32,000 nt of DNA from Nonlabens ponticola (lineage in GTDB: Bacteria; Bacteroidota; Bacteroidia; Flavobacteriales; Flavobacteriaceae), in assembly GCF_003966335.1 (NCBI RefSeq), contig NZ_CP034549.1, positions 420,001 to 452,000 of the forward strand. The letters are read 5' to 3'. The translations under genes were made by a program, and so were the position numbers. The notes under the pieces were generated by a model. That model searched no databases. It was not told where the DNA came from and was given only the letters and a program-made list of their open reading frames with translations. Shown piece after piece: positions 7,142 to 15,726 of the stretch (position 1 is its first letter; each line of letters begins with the position of its first letter).

Positions 7142-9355
7142 CTAGAAGTTAAGCGTCAATCCAGCAAGAAAATTGATTCCAGCCTGCGGATAAAACCCTG
7201 CACCTTCTACTGTGTTGACTATTCCTGGATTGCTGAAATCGTCATCAAATGAAAAGTAGTAACCGTTTGAGACATACTGCTCATCAAAGATGTTGTTGAC
7301 CAGTCCAGTGATCACAATGCTATCAAAGATCTTTTTAGGCTTGATGGTGTAGATCAGATTCAGGTCATTCACAAAATAACTGTCCAGTTTTGATAATCGA
7401 GCCTCTGTATTGCTCATGAACTGCTCACTGACAAACTTGCTCAAGAAAGAGATTTGTAATTGCTTGACGGGTTCAAAAACGATGGCGTTTGCCGCCACAA
7501 CTTCTGGTGAATAGGCAATATCTGTAGAGCCTAGATTTTGCAACTCGCCGTCAAATGATCTGATGGTTTCATTATTTCTATTGCGACTTACTGCGACATT
7601 GGGCTGTAGCGTCAACTGTGGTGTTACAGGAATAATCGCTTCCAACTCCACACCTAATCTGTAACTATCACCGCTATTCTCTCGCACCGGTGCGCCTACA
7701 TCATTTATGGCACCTGTAAGGACTAACTGCTCATTGTACAACATTAAGTACCCATTTGCATTAAGGCTAAAGTTGCCAGATTTATGACGCCAGCCTAGTT
7801 CAAAGTCATTAAGTTTTTCTGGCTGGATGTCAGGATTATTTTCAAAGTCATCTCTTGTGGGCTCTCTATTGGCTCGTGCATAAGAGAAGTATAGATCGTT
7901 CTTGCGATTGAGTTCATAGGTGATTCCAGCCTTGGGATTAAAGAATGTGTAATTCTCGTCCACATTAAAATCAATCAAGTCTGCATTGATTCCAGAGGTC
8001 TCATAGTTCACATTTCTTACCTGTAGATCGCCGTACAATTGTATGCGGTCATTTAATTTATATGTTGCTTTCGCGAAAGCGGAAAAATCATTCTTCTTAC
8101 CGTTACCATCATAGTATCGATCTCTAATATCTAAGTTATTTGCAAATCTGGCCCAGATGACCTCACCAAAATGGTCACCATCATAATGACTGAATGAGGT
8201 ACCAAAAATCAAGTCAATTTCATTATTCCTGTAATTGGCACTGGCATTGATTACATAGTAGTCATTATCCAGCCATCTGCGGCGTATCAAATCTGTTGTA
8301 TTGACAATCTCATCATTGATCTCTAATGGTTCAATGCCATAGGTTTCAAAATCGTCATCTTCTCTAAACTGCTCAAAAAAGCCGCGACCGTATGTGTAGT
8401 TCAAGCCAATATTAGTGGACCAGTTGCGATCAATTTTTTGATTCCAGTGCAATTGATAGTGATCCTGGCGGTAATCATCTACCTCATTGTCATAAAACTG
8501 TGTCTCGCCATTCTCATCAGTAAATTGTCCTGCTGGATTGAACGTGCGATCGTTCTCCAAAGTTTCATTATCGATACCAAACCACGACTGATAAGTAACA
8601 TTGTTACCACCAAAGGTGATCGCCTTGATCAAGGTATTGTCATCCACATAAGCTCCTTGCAGGAAATAGGATTTCAGCTCTGTTCTTGCCCGATCTACAT
8701 AACCATCAGAAGAAATATTTGAAAGACGACCAGCAATCTCAAAGTGGTCATTCATCAAGCCTGTAGAAAACTTGACCGTATGCTTGCGGCTATTAAAACT
8801 ACCAGCAGAATTAGAAATCTCGCCGCTCGCCTCTTCTGAAACTAGGTCTGTGAGCACATTGATACTCGCACCAAAAGCGCCACTACCATTAGTGCTCGTA
8901 CCTACACCACGTTGCAATTGCAAACTTTGAACTGACGATGCAAAATCGCCCAAGTTTACCCAAAACGTACCCAACGACTCTGCATCAGAATAAGGAATAC
9001 CATTGATGGTCACGTTAGTTGATTGTGAGCTGATACCGCGCACGCGCAGTCCCGTATAACCTATACCGTTACCAGCATCAGTCGTCGTGACAACAGATGG
9101 CAGGAAATTGAGCAGCAGCGGTATGTCCTGTCCTAGGTTACGTTTTGCAATCTCTTCTTTTGACAGGTTGCTGTGCGTGATGGGCGAGTTGGCCTCGACA
9201 CGCACGGCCTTTACAAGCACCTCGCCTAGCCTTTCGGTCTTGGTGGTGTCCTGTGGTTGAGTGGTTTGCGCTGATAAGCTCACGGCTCCTAGCAGGAACG
9301 CAGCTTTTACAACGACTGATCTTGACGCGCTTAACGTCTTGAATAAATGGTTCAT
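7142..9355 (-). CDS. TonB-dependent outer-membrane receptor (likely thiamine or thiamine-precursor uptake)
   Basis: Signal peptide ending in SLSAQ, a plug region (GYTGLRVRG, INGIP), a long beta-barrel and a C-terminal ...LTLNF. A TPP riboswitch precedes it on the same strand. Confidence 0.9.
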   Translation of the reverse strand: MNHLFKTLSASRSVVVKAAFLLGAVSLSAQTTQPQDTTKTERLGEVLVKAVRVEANSPITHSNLSKEEIAKRNLGQDIPLLLNFLPSVVTTTDAGNGIGYTGLRVRGISSQSTNVTINGIPYSDAESLGTFWVNLGDFASSVQSLQLQRGVGTSTNGSGAFGASINVLTDLVSEEASGEISNSAGSFNSRKHTVKFSTGLMNDHFEIAGRLSNISSDGYVDRARTELKSYFLQGAYVDDNTLIKAITFGGNNVTYQSWFGIDNETLENDRTFNPAGQFTDENGETQFYDNEVDDYRQDHYQLHWNQKIDRNWSTNIGLNYTYGRGFFEQFREDDDFETYGIEPLEINDEIVNTTDLIRRRWLDNDYYVINASANYRNNEIDLIFGTSFSHYDGDHFGEVIWARFANNLDIRDRYYDGNGKKNDFSAFAKATYKLNDRIQLYGDLQVRNVNYETSGINADLIDFNVDENYTFFNPKAGITYELNRKNDLYFSYARANREPTRDDFENNPDIQPEKLNDFELGWRHKSGNFSLNANGYLMLYNEQLVLTGAINDVGAPVRENSGDSYRLGVELEAIIPVTPQLTLQPNVAVSRNRNNETIRSFDGELQNLGSTDIAYSPEVVAANAIVFEPVKQLQISFLSKFVSEQFMSNTEARLSKLDSYFVNDLNLIYTIKPKKIFDSIVITGLVNNIFDEQYVSNGYYFSFDDDFSNPGIVNTVEGAGFYPQAGINFLAGLTLNF
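8067..8080. repeat. palindromic element copy D (inside CDS)
   Basis: Perfect 14-mer inside the TonB receptor gene, read in frame as A-F-A-K-A (..DFSAFAKATY..). Confidence 0.95.
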
Positions 9356-9467
9356 ACGAACTTGTTTTAAGTCCTAATGAAAGAGGCATTCAATCGGTCG
9401 TGATTAAATATTACATAAAGGAGGAATCTCTTTGTAAACGCCACTCATTCTGTAAAGAATTGTAGCG

Positions 9468-9552
9468 ATCTACTTTTCCCTTGGCAGCATTACCTGCCCA
9501 GGTTCCTCGGGTATAATCTCAGCCGCTTGTGGCGGCACCCCTTGAGATTTTG
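9468..9552 (-). promoter_or_regulatory. TPP (THI-box) riboswitch
   Basis: The minus strand reads AAATCTCAAGGGGTGCC-GCCGCcacaaGCGGC-TGAGA-TTATACCC-GAGGAACCTG-GGCAGgtaatGCTGCC-AAGGGAAAAGTAGAT. All THI-box hallmarks are present (GGGGUGC, CUGAGA, ACCC, GAACCUG, the UAAUG-type loop hairpin, AGGGA). It lies 112 nt upstream of the receptor ATG. Confidence 0.85.
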
Positions 9553-9560
9553 CAAAATTA
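9553..9560 (-). promoter_or_regulatory. -7 box TAATTTTG for the riboswitch/receptor transcript
   Basis: Matches TAnnTTTG immediately 5' of the riboswitch, placing the transcription start at the first riboswitch helix. Confidence 0.45.
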
Positions 9561-9600
9561 AACATTAAATCAAGTTGACGAATGAAAATCTGTTGATTTG

Positions 9601-9620
9601 TTACGCTTTCGCGAAAGCGG
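9601..9620. repeat. palindromic element copy E (TTACGCTTTCGCGAAAGCGG)
   Basis: 16-bp perfect palindrome at 9604-9619, intergenic, about 45 bp upstream of the -7 box of the riboswitch transcript. Confidence 0.95.
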
Positions 9621-9849
9621 AATAGTCAAAAACTTTACTGCAACGATAATTCTGAATCTTCAATAAGTACACAGAATACCAGGTCTCTTGAAAGTCTAGA
9701 GCTTTATCGTTTGAAAATAGCTGTTGACTGCGCTCGAGCAGGCATTTTAACTTGAAAACATACTATCTTCAAGATCGTATTTTCAGATAATGAATGCGGA
9801 CTTCGAGTGGCCTCAGTTCTCATTTTGAGTTTATTTTTAATTTTATCCC

Positions 9850-10725
9850 ATGTCCAATACAGATTTGATTATTGAAGAGCGCAGTCGTGATATAGGCGAC
9901 TTTCTGGTAGGTAGATTGATACCATTCCGCAAGAAGCGCATGGTGGGTCCATTTATATTTATCGATCACATGGGACCAACTGCTTTGGGTCCTGAAAAGT
10001 ATATGGATGTAGATCAGCATCCGCATATAGGATTGTCCACGCTTACCTATTTGATGGACGGTCAATTGCAACATGCTGATGGTATAGGTACAGATCAAAC
10101 CATCCTGCCAGGATCTGTTAACTGGATGGTGGCTGGAAAAGGCGTTACTCATACAGAACGCACGCCACAAGCACTGAGAGATGCTGGTGCGCAGTTTACC
10201 ATGCATGGCTATCAGATTTGGGTAGCGCTGCCTAAAGAACTGGAAGATATAGAATCAGAATTTCATCACATCGATGCCGATGCTTTGCCTACATGGACCG
10301 ATCAAGATGCCAAATTCACACTTGTTGCTGGAAAAGGCTATGGCAAGGAATCGCCAGTGCCTGTGCACTCGGATTTGTTTATGATTGATATTAGTACCAC
10401 GGCAGATTATCATTTTAGCGCAGCAGGAAATCTATCGGGTGAGATAGGTATCACGATTGTGTCTGGCAGTGTGACGGCTTGCGGCGATGTTATCCAGGCA
10501 GGAAACATGCTGGTGAGCAAGACCAACGACCTATGCGATATCACGATCGCAGCAGATAGTCACGTGCTTATTTTTGGCGGTGAGCCATTTCCAGAAGAGC
10601 GTCATATCTACTGGAATTTTGTAAGCCATTCACAAGAAAAAATTGAAGCTGCTAAACAAGCGTGGAAAGAAAAGACCTTTCCTATGATGGATAATGATGA
10701 TAGTTATGTGCCGTTGCCAGAGTGA
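9850..10725 (+). CDS. pirin-family protein
   Basis: Bicupin with HPHIGLSTLTYLMDG and VTHTE blocks, about 290 aa. Confidence 0.85.
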   Translation: MSNTDLIIEERSRDIGDFLVGRLIPFRKKRMVGPFIFIDHMGPTALGPEKYMDVDQHPHIGLSTLTYLMDGQLQHADGIGTDQTILPGSVNWMVAGKGVTHTERTPQALRDAGAQFTMHGYQIWVALPKELEDIESEFHHIDADALPTWTDQDAKFTLVAGKGYGKESPVPVHSDLFMIDISTTADYHFSAAGNLSGEIGITIVSGSVTACGDVIQAGNMLVSKTNDLCDITIAADSHVLIFGGEPFPEERHIYWNFVSHSQEKIEAAKQAWKEKTFPMMDNDDSYVPLPE

Positions 10726-11352
10726 TTAAAAGAAGTAACTGACTCCTATATTCACTTGTTGCATATTCAAATTGAACCCGAAAGAACTAGATGTCGATTC
10801 CTCACCAAACTCAGGCTCTATGTTGGCGGTAGCATAACCTAGACTACCTACCTGTGCCTGTAGCGCGAATGCGTCATTTAAAGAGTAGCTAATACCTGGT
10901 CTCAAGCCAATTGAAAATCCGTCGATGTCTGCAGAAAATGAATTGGACTCTTGGTTTGATATGAAATATTCAACTTCTCCTTGAATGTTCAGCGCAAAAT
11001 TTTCTGAGAGAGAAAAATACTTTTTAACATAAGGTCTGAAACTGTAAGACCTTGCATAGCTTGTATTAGTAATTTGTGAAAACGAACTAGAACTCTCACT
11101 TTCATTGTAGGTAAAACCTAGACCTAATCCAATCACCAAATCGTCGCTAACCGCCAGACCCAGCTGCGGTATAAAACCAAAACTTAAATCATCACTCTCA
11201 AACGAGTCATTTTCACTGTTTGAGGAACTGAAACTTACAGCGCCAGTCAGCTCATAAGTTCCTTGACTGATAAATGACGTCTTTTCTTCCTCTTCTTGTG
11301 CAAATAAAACGGCAGATGATAGGATTGTCATTGCAAATATTATTTTTTTCAT
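10726..11352 (-). CDS. outer-membrane beta-barrel protein (porin/OmpA-like barrel family)
   Basis: Signal peptide MKKIIFAMTILSSAVLFAQ, alternating amphipathic strands, and a terminal GVSYFF. I start at ATG 11352, not the track start at 11442. Confidence 0.75.
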   Translation of the reverse strand: MKKIIFAMTILSSAVLFAQEEEEKTSFISQGTYELTGAVSFSSSNSENDSFESDDLSFGFIPQLGLAVSDDLVIGLGLGFTYNESESSSSFSQITNTSYARSYSFRPYVKKYFSLSENFALNIQGEVEYFISNQESNSFSADIDGFSIGLRPGISYSLNDAFALQAQVGSLGYATANIEPEFGEESTSSSFGFNLNMQQVNIGVSYFF

Positions 11353-11535
11353 GGTTAGTTTGATTAAATGGATGCATAGATAAGAATAATCCTTGTAATT
11401 AGGAATATGCATCAATGAGGTTGCCTCCATAGCAAATTCCAAATCTTTGCATAAACCTAGGCCAAAGTAATGTTAGCGATTGCTGTGATAGCCACCCTAT
11501 TTCCTAACTTGTTATTCCAAATAAAAACGAAAGCT

Positions 11536-11667
11536 ATGAAAACGCCCAACTACAAAGAAACACAAGGAAAACACCCGATTCCTCACGCTAAGAATATCGC
11601 AAAAGATGACAACCTACAACCAGAGTCTGTGACCATCAAAAACGAAACTAGCGAGGAAGAAGAGTAG
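11536..11667 (+). CDS. small hydrophilic hypothetical protein (43 aa)
   Basis: MKTPNYKETQGKHPIPHAKNIAKDDNLQPESVTIKNETSEEEE, followed by a terminator-like hairpin at 11690-11715. No recognisable family. Confidence 0.3.
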   Translation: MKTPNYKETQGKHPIPHAKNIAKDDNLQPESVTIKNETSEEEE

Positions 11668-11689
11668 TTTTTCTCATTTCAACAACAAA

Positions 11690-11715
11690 GGGGAGAAGTT
11701 ATTCTGCCCTTTTTT
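11690..11715 (+). terminator. intrinsic terminator candidate
   Basis: Stem GGGGAGAA / TTCTGCCC (7 of 8 paired), GTTA loop, then TTTTTT. Confidence 0.5.
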
Positions 11716-11819
11716 GTGTTACATGATTAGCTTTTATTCGTAGCTGAATTTCTGGATTGGTTCTTCTAATTAGCCATTGATCCACTTATACATTCTGGAT
11801 CTGTTCAAAAGAAAAAAGA

Positions 11820-12233
11820 TTATGGAACAAAATATGGAAAACTTCGATAAGTGTAATATTCATTTATTTTAACTCCAGGTTGAAATGAAGTTATCATTCT
11901 TTCATATCCTTTACTTAGAACCCCAATTTTATAGCGAAAAAATAGACTATCGTTTTGAAATTGAAGTCTTTTTATTTTTTGAGCTTTATCTAAATTGATA
12001 TTATTAATTGACTTTTGATCATAGAATCGTTGCGATATGATAACTAAAGAATCTGTGTTATTTAAAACGTGATAGAAATTGTAATTCTCAATCACATCGG
12101 TTTTAATCAATTTCAAATTGCTTTGGTTCACATCAAAAGCCGAAAAAAATATTCCAATAATAATCACAAACGATGTTGTGTGTTTCTTGAGCATAAAACC
12201 TTTGCTAAATGATTTAAACTTCTCATTTCCCAT
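11820..12233 (-). CDS. hypothetical membrane-anchored protein, third gene of the yefM-yoeB unit
   Basis: AT-rich ORF whose ATG (12233) overlaps the yoeB stop by 11 nt. An alternative ATG is at 12194. It has an N-terminal hydrophobic helix TTSFVIIIGIFFSAF and no recognisable motif. Confidence 0.5.
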   Translation of the reverse strand: MGNEKFKSFSKGFMLKKHTTSFVIIIGIFFSAFDVNQSNLKLIKTDVIENYNFYHVLNNTDSLVIISQRFYDQKSINNINLDKAQKIKRLQFQNDSLFFRYKIGVLSKGYERMITSFQPGVKINEYYTYRSFPYFVP

Positions 12234-12483
12234 AATGATACCTGCAAGCTGCGATAAATAATTGATCCTGAGAATATTTGTAAACCAGACGATGCTCTGC
12301 GGTAATACGTCTAGACCAGTAACCTTGCAGGTCGCCTTTCAACGCTTCGGGTTTTCCTATCCCTTCAAATGGTGTACGGCTGCAATTTTTGATGAGCTCG
12401 TTGATTCTCTTCAGAATCTTCTTATCCGTTTTCTGCCAATATAGGTAATCATTCCACGCTTGACTAGACCAGGTAAGTTTCAT
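12223..12483 (-). CDS. yoeB: YoeB/Txe-family toxin (ribosome-dependent mRNA interferase)
   Basis: Collinear with E. coli YoeB as I remember it: MKLTWS..WNDYLYWQKTDKKILKRINELIK...PFEGIGKPE.LK..L.GYWSRRIT.EHRLVY......L.IAACRYHY. Confidence 0.92.
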   Translation of the reverse strand: MKLTWSSQAWNDYLYWQKTDKKILKRINELIKNCSRTPFEGIGKPEALKGDLQGYWSRRITAEHRLVYKYSQDQLFIAACRYHYGK

Positions 12484-12731
12484 TTCTCAAGCAAATCATT
12501 CTCTATACCATTCCCGCTTTCTAGTTCACGTATCGATGATAGCAAAACATCTCTATTCTTTCCACTTAATAAATAAGCAGTCTCTTTCATAGAATTATAC
12601 TCATCCAGCGAAATCAATACTAGATCCTTGCCACCTTTTCTTTTAATCACGAGGTCGCTAACATCAGTGATTACTTTATCAAACCAAAATTTGAGATTTG
12701 ATCTAAATTCAGAATAATTGACTACATCCAT
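12480..12731 (-). CDS. yefM: YefM/Phd-family antitoxin
   Basis: ...VLISLDEYNSMKETAYLL... and a C-terminal L.SG.G motif. Overlaps yoeB by 4 nt (ATGA). Confidence 0.9.
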   Translation of the reverse strand: MDVVNYSEFRSNLKFWFDKVITDVSDLVIKRKGGKDLVLISLDEYNSMKETAYLLSGKNRDVLLSSIRELESGNGIENDLLEK

Positions 12732-12735
12732 ACTG

Positions 12736-12743
12736 CAAATATA
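12736..12743 (-). promoter_or_regulatory. -7 box TATATTTG, 4 nt before the yefM ATG
   Basis: The minus strand reads TATATTTG-CAGT-ATG. Confidence 0.45.
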
Positions 12744-12744
12744 A

Positions 12745-12765
12745 TACGTACTTATTTAAGTACTT
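12745..12765 (-). promoter_or_regulatory. candidate YefM-YoeB operator (two GTAC cores 12 bp apart)
   Basis: The minus strand reads AAGTACTT-AAAT-AAGTACGT. The GTAC cores are at 12748-12751 and 12760-12763, directly upstream of the -7 box. Confidence 0.35.
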
Positions 12766-12769
12766 GAAA

Positions 12770-14857
12770 TTAAGCAATAGTCGCACCATTCACAACCGCA
12801 TCATCAGGATTGACAAAAACCAATTTTCCATCAGGATCTTCGGCAAGTAGGATCATTCCTTGCGATTCTACACCCATCAATTTTCTAGGTGCAAGGTTGG
12901 CTAGTACGGTTACTTTTCTGCCTATGAGTTCATCGGCAGTGAAGTGTTTTGCGATGCCGCTCACGATGGTTCTTTTATCAATACCAGTATCGACCGTCAT
13001 GACCATGAGTTTGTTGGATTTCGGTAGCTTTTCTGCGGTTAGGATTTCTGCTACACGCAGGTCCATTTTCATAAAATCGTCATAGTTGGTTTCTTCTTTT
13101 TGAGGCATAAGATTAGGTGTTGTGATTTGGTTGGCGGCTTTAGTAGCTTCTAGTTTTTGCAATTGAGCTTCAATCTGCTCGTCCTCAATTTTTGAGAACA
13201 GCAATTCGGCTTTATTGATTTTGTAGCCGTGGTGTAGTAATTCCTGTTTTTGAGCGATGTCGTTCCACTCGATTTTGACCAGATCTGCACGCAATCTGGC
13301 AGCAGGATTTGATGCTATGTTGAGCATGTCCTGTAACTTGCCTGCGGTGTGTGGCAAGAACGGCTCTGCCAGCACGGCAAGAGCTCCAGCGATTTGTAAA
13401 CCTATAAACATGATGGTTTTCACGCGTTCTGGATCAGTTTTGATGAGCTTCCACGGTTCTTCATCGGCTAGGTATTTGTTTCCTAATCTTGCAAGATTCA
13501 TGAACTCGTTTGCGCTTTCGCGAAAGCGGTATCTCTCCAAACTACTTTCTATACTCGCAGGAAATGCATTGACCGCATCTAGCGTCTCTTGATCTACCTG
13601 AGTGAACTCGCCTGGCTGTGGAACCACGCCGTCGTAATATTTGTGCGTCAATACCAGCGCGCGATTGATGAAATTCCCTAGAATGGCCACCAACTCATTA
13701 TTATTGCGCGCCTGAAAGTCTTTCCAGGTAAAATTATTATCCTTGGTTTCTGGTGCGTTTGCGGTAAGCACGTACCTCAACACGTCCTGCTGACCTGGAA
13801 AATCCTGCAGGTATTCATGCAACCAAACAGCCCAGTTGCGCGAGGTAGAAATTTTATCGTCCTCAAGGTTCAAGAACTCGTTTGCAGGAACATTGTCCGG
13901 CAAGATGAAATCGCCGTGCGCCTTGAGCATCGCGGGAAAAATGATACAGTGAAAAACGATATTATCCTTACCTATAAAGTGCAACAGTTTGGTATCCTCA
14001 TTTTTCCAATAATCTTCCCAGTTTTTGCCCTCACGAGAAGCCCATTCCTTAGTTGAGGAAATGTAACCAATAGGCGCATCAAACCAAACGTACAGCACCT
14101 TGCCGTCTGCGCCTTCTACAGGAACGGGAATACCCCAATCCAGATCGCGTGTCACGGCGCGTGGTTTTAAACCATCTGTGATCCAGCCTTTCACCTGGCC
14201 CAGTACGTTGGTTTTCCAGTCGTCGGCATGGCCTTCTACGATCCACTCGTTTAAAAAGTCGCTGTATTGATCCAGTGGTAAAAACCAGTGCTTGGTCTCG
14301 CGCAACTCTGGCACGTTGCCTGTAATGGCACTTTTAGGCTCAATCAAATCTGTTGCATTGTGGCTGGTGCCGCAACGCTCGCATTGATCGCCATAAGATT
14401 CTGGATTGCCGCATTTGGGACAGGTTCCAATCACAAAACGATCTGCGAGAAACTGGTCTGCCTCTTTATCATATAACTGCTCCGTAACTTGCTCTACAAA
14501 TTTGCCGTCCTCATATAATTTAAGGAAAAACTGACTAGCGGTTTCATGATGAACCTGAGCACTGGTACGACTGTAATTGTCGAACGAGATGCCGAATTCC
14601 TCGAAGGAATCGCCTATGATTTTATGGTATCGATCTACGATTTCTTGTGGTGTAACGCCTTCCTTTTTGGCCTTGAGCGTGATAGGCACACCATGTTCAT
14701 CGCTGCCGCAAATAAAGGCAACATCGCTGCCCTTTAATCTCTGGTAACGCGCATAAATATCTGCTGGAACATAGACGCCAGCGAGATGCCCTATGTGAAC
14801 AGGACCATTAGTGTACGGCAGGGCCGCGGTAATCGTATATCGTTGTTGATTGCTCAT
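12770..14857 (-). CDS. metG: methionine--tRNA ligase
   Basis: HIGH motif ([11 protein letters not shown]), zinc knuckles (CPKCGN...CERCG), a KMSKS-region equivalent, and a C-terminal tRNA-binding domain ([12 protein letters not shown]...). I start at ATG 14857 ([15 protein letters not shown]). Confidence 0.95.
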   Translation of the reverse strand: MSNQQRYTITAALPYTNGPVHIGHLAGVYVPADIYARYQRLKGSDVAFICGSDEHGVPITLKAKKEGVTPQEIVDRYHKIIGDSFEEFGISFDNYSRTSAQVHHETASQFFLKLYEDGKFVEQVTEQLYDKEADQFLADRFVIGTCPKCGNPESYGDQCERCGTSHNATDLIEPKSAITGNVPELRETKHWFLPLDQYSDFLNEWIVEGHADDWKTNVLGQVKGWITDGLKPRAVTRDLDWGIPVPVEGADGKVLYVWFDAPIGYISSTKEWASREGKNWEDYWKNEDTKLLHFIGKDNIVFHCIIFPAMLKAHGDFILPDNVPANEFLNLEDDKISTSRNWAVWLHEYLQDFPGQQDVLRYVLTANAPETKDNNFTWKDFQARNNNELVAILGNFINRALVLTHKYYDGVVPQPGEFTQVDQETLDAVNAFPASIESSLERYRFRESANEFMNLARLGNKYLADEEPWKLIKTDPERVKTIMFIGLQIAGALAVLAEPFLPHTAGKLQDMLNIASNPAARLRADLVKIEWNDIAQKQELLHHGYKINKAELLFSKIEDEQIEAQLQKLEATKAANQITTPNLMPQKEETNYDDFMKMDLRVAEILTAEKLPKSNKLMVMTVDTGIDKRTIVSGIAKHFTADELIGRKVTVLANLAPRKLMGVESQGMILLAEDPDGKLVFVNPDDAVVNGATIA
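13513..13528. repeat. palindromic element copy F (inside metG)
   Basis: 16-bp perfect palindrome CGCTTTCGCGAAAGCG, read as R-F-R-E-S in ..[12 protein letters not shown].. Confidence 0.95.
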
Positions 14858-14875
14858 GTGCTGCTTTGAAAGGCA

Positions 14876-14883
14876 CAAATTTA
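14876..14883 (-). promoter_or_regulatory. -7 box TAAATTTG upstream of metG
   Basis: Matches TAnnTTTG, 18 nt before ATG 14857. Confidence 0.35.
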
Positions 14884-14934
14884 CAATTTAAGTCACAGCT
14901 TTAATGCTGGATGGTAGCAGTTGGTTTGTGGTGT

Positions 14935-14980
14935 TTACGCTACTTCGACTTCGCTCAGCATAAATTTCGCGAAAGCGTAA
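14935..14980. repeat. split 46-bp variant of the palindromic element (copy G)
   Basis: TTACGC + TACTTCGACTTCGCTCAGCATAAA + TTTCGCGAAAGCGTAA. Same length and architecture as 6469-6514, with 4 differences inside the 24-nt insert. Confidence 0.9.
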
Positions 14981-15097
14981 TCACCCAAAAAGTTATCATG
15001 CGCTATTTTTTTTTCACGTTAAAGTTATGTCTACAAACTATGGACGAGATTCTACCAAAGCTACCGAAGTAAGCACGCCTCATCTTGATACGTTAAG

Positions 15098-15105
15098 TAT
15101 ATTTG
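15098..15105 (+). promoter_or_regulatory. -7 box TATATTTG
   Basis: Matches TAnnTTTG, 24 nt before ATG 15130. Confidence 0.35.
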
Positions 15106-15129
15106 CTATCCCGTAAAAATCGATCTACT

Positions 15130-15726
15130 ATGAAAAAACTGTTGCTATTATTGTCATTAATCGCTGTTATATCCTGTAAAAACGAGGAGCCTGCTGTTGA
15201 TGATAGTTATAACGCAGTGATGCTGGCACAGAAGATTGCCAGCGGCACGTCCTGGGAACAAGAATTTACCGAAGACGAAATACTAACGGAAACCAGGTTT
15301 GTACGTGAATACAACGGTACCCGCATGATTAAAACCATTTATCCTGACACATCCAACGAGCTTTTTGTCGTTTATCTAGACAGCATACCTCAAGAATTGT
15401 ACTGGCATCAGACTGGTGAATGGACGACGCCGTATGGTACCGTAGGTCAACCTATAGCTGCTCTTGAGCAGGCAAATGGCGCTAGTATTGAATTTTATGG
15501 TCTAGGCTATGATGTGCCAGGTAAAGTCGAGATCAACAAGGGAAAACTGGCCAATCTTGATATCAAGTTCCAGGTGCGACCAACGTCAGATACGATTCCT
15601 AGTGAGTTTTACAGCTACAATAAGTTTGACAGCACCGTACCAGAGGCCGATGCGCTAGATTTATACTTGTCCAGAATCACCATACCAGTGAGTAAAGATG
15701 CCACGCTCACCGTTTCTGAAGAATAA
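15130..15726 (+). CDS. lipoprotein, unknown function
   Basis: Lipobox MKKLLLLLSLIAVISC. I start at ATG 15130. The track start at 15103 is a TTG. Confidence 0.65.
   Translation: MKKLLLLLSLIAVISCKNEEPAVDDSYNAVMLAQKIASGTSWEQEFTEDEILTETRFVREYNGTRMIKTIYPDTSNELFVVYLDSIPQELYWHQTGEWTTPYGTVGQPIAALEQANGASIEFYGLGYDVPGKVEINKGKLANLDIKFQVRPTSDTIPSEFYSYNKFDSTVPEADALDLYLSRITIPVSKDATLTVSEE

Noticed and set aside
8438-9389. ORFs 8438..8722 (+) and 9138..9389 (-)
   Set aside because: They are embedded in, or overlap, the TonB receptor gene in other frames. Their composition is Arg/Cys-rich or Ile-rich shadow sequence, and 9138..9389 would also run into the riboswitch expression platform.
9356-9467. An intrinsic terminator or start-sequestering helix in the riboswitch expression platform
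   Set aside because: I looked for a stem followed by a U-run, or a helix covering the ATG at 9355, and found only weak 4-bp pairings. No feature is called, and the question is left open in the findings.
9820-10206. ORF 9820..10206 (-)
   Set aside because: Antisense to the well-supported pirin gene, with no motifs.
11443-12769. Calling the AT-rich yefM-yoeB block a mobile element or genomic island
   Set aside because: Composition and content are suggestive. However, I see no integrase, transposase, tRNA target or flanking direct repeats, so only the individual genes are reported.
12810-14737. Five plus-strand ORFs inside metG (12810.., 13257.., 13817.., 14288.., 14546..)
   Set aside because: All are antisense shadows of a full-length, motif-rich MetRS gene.
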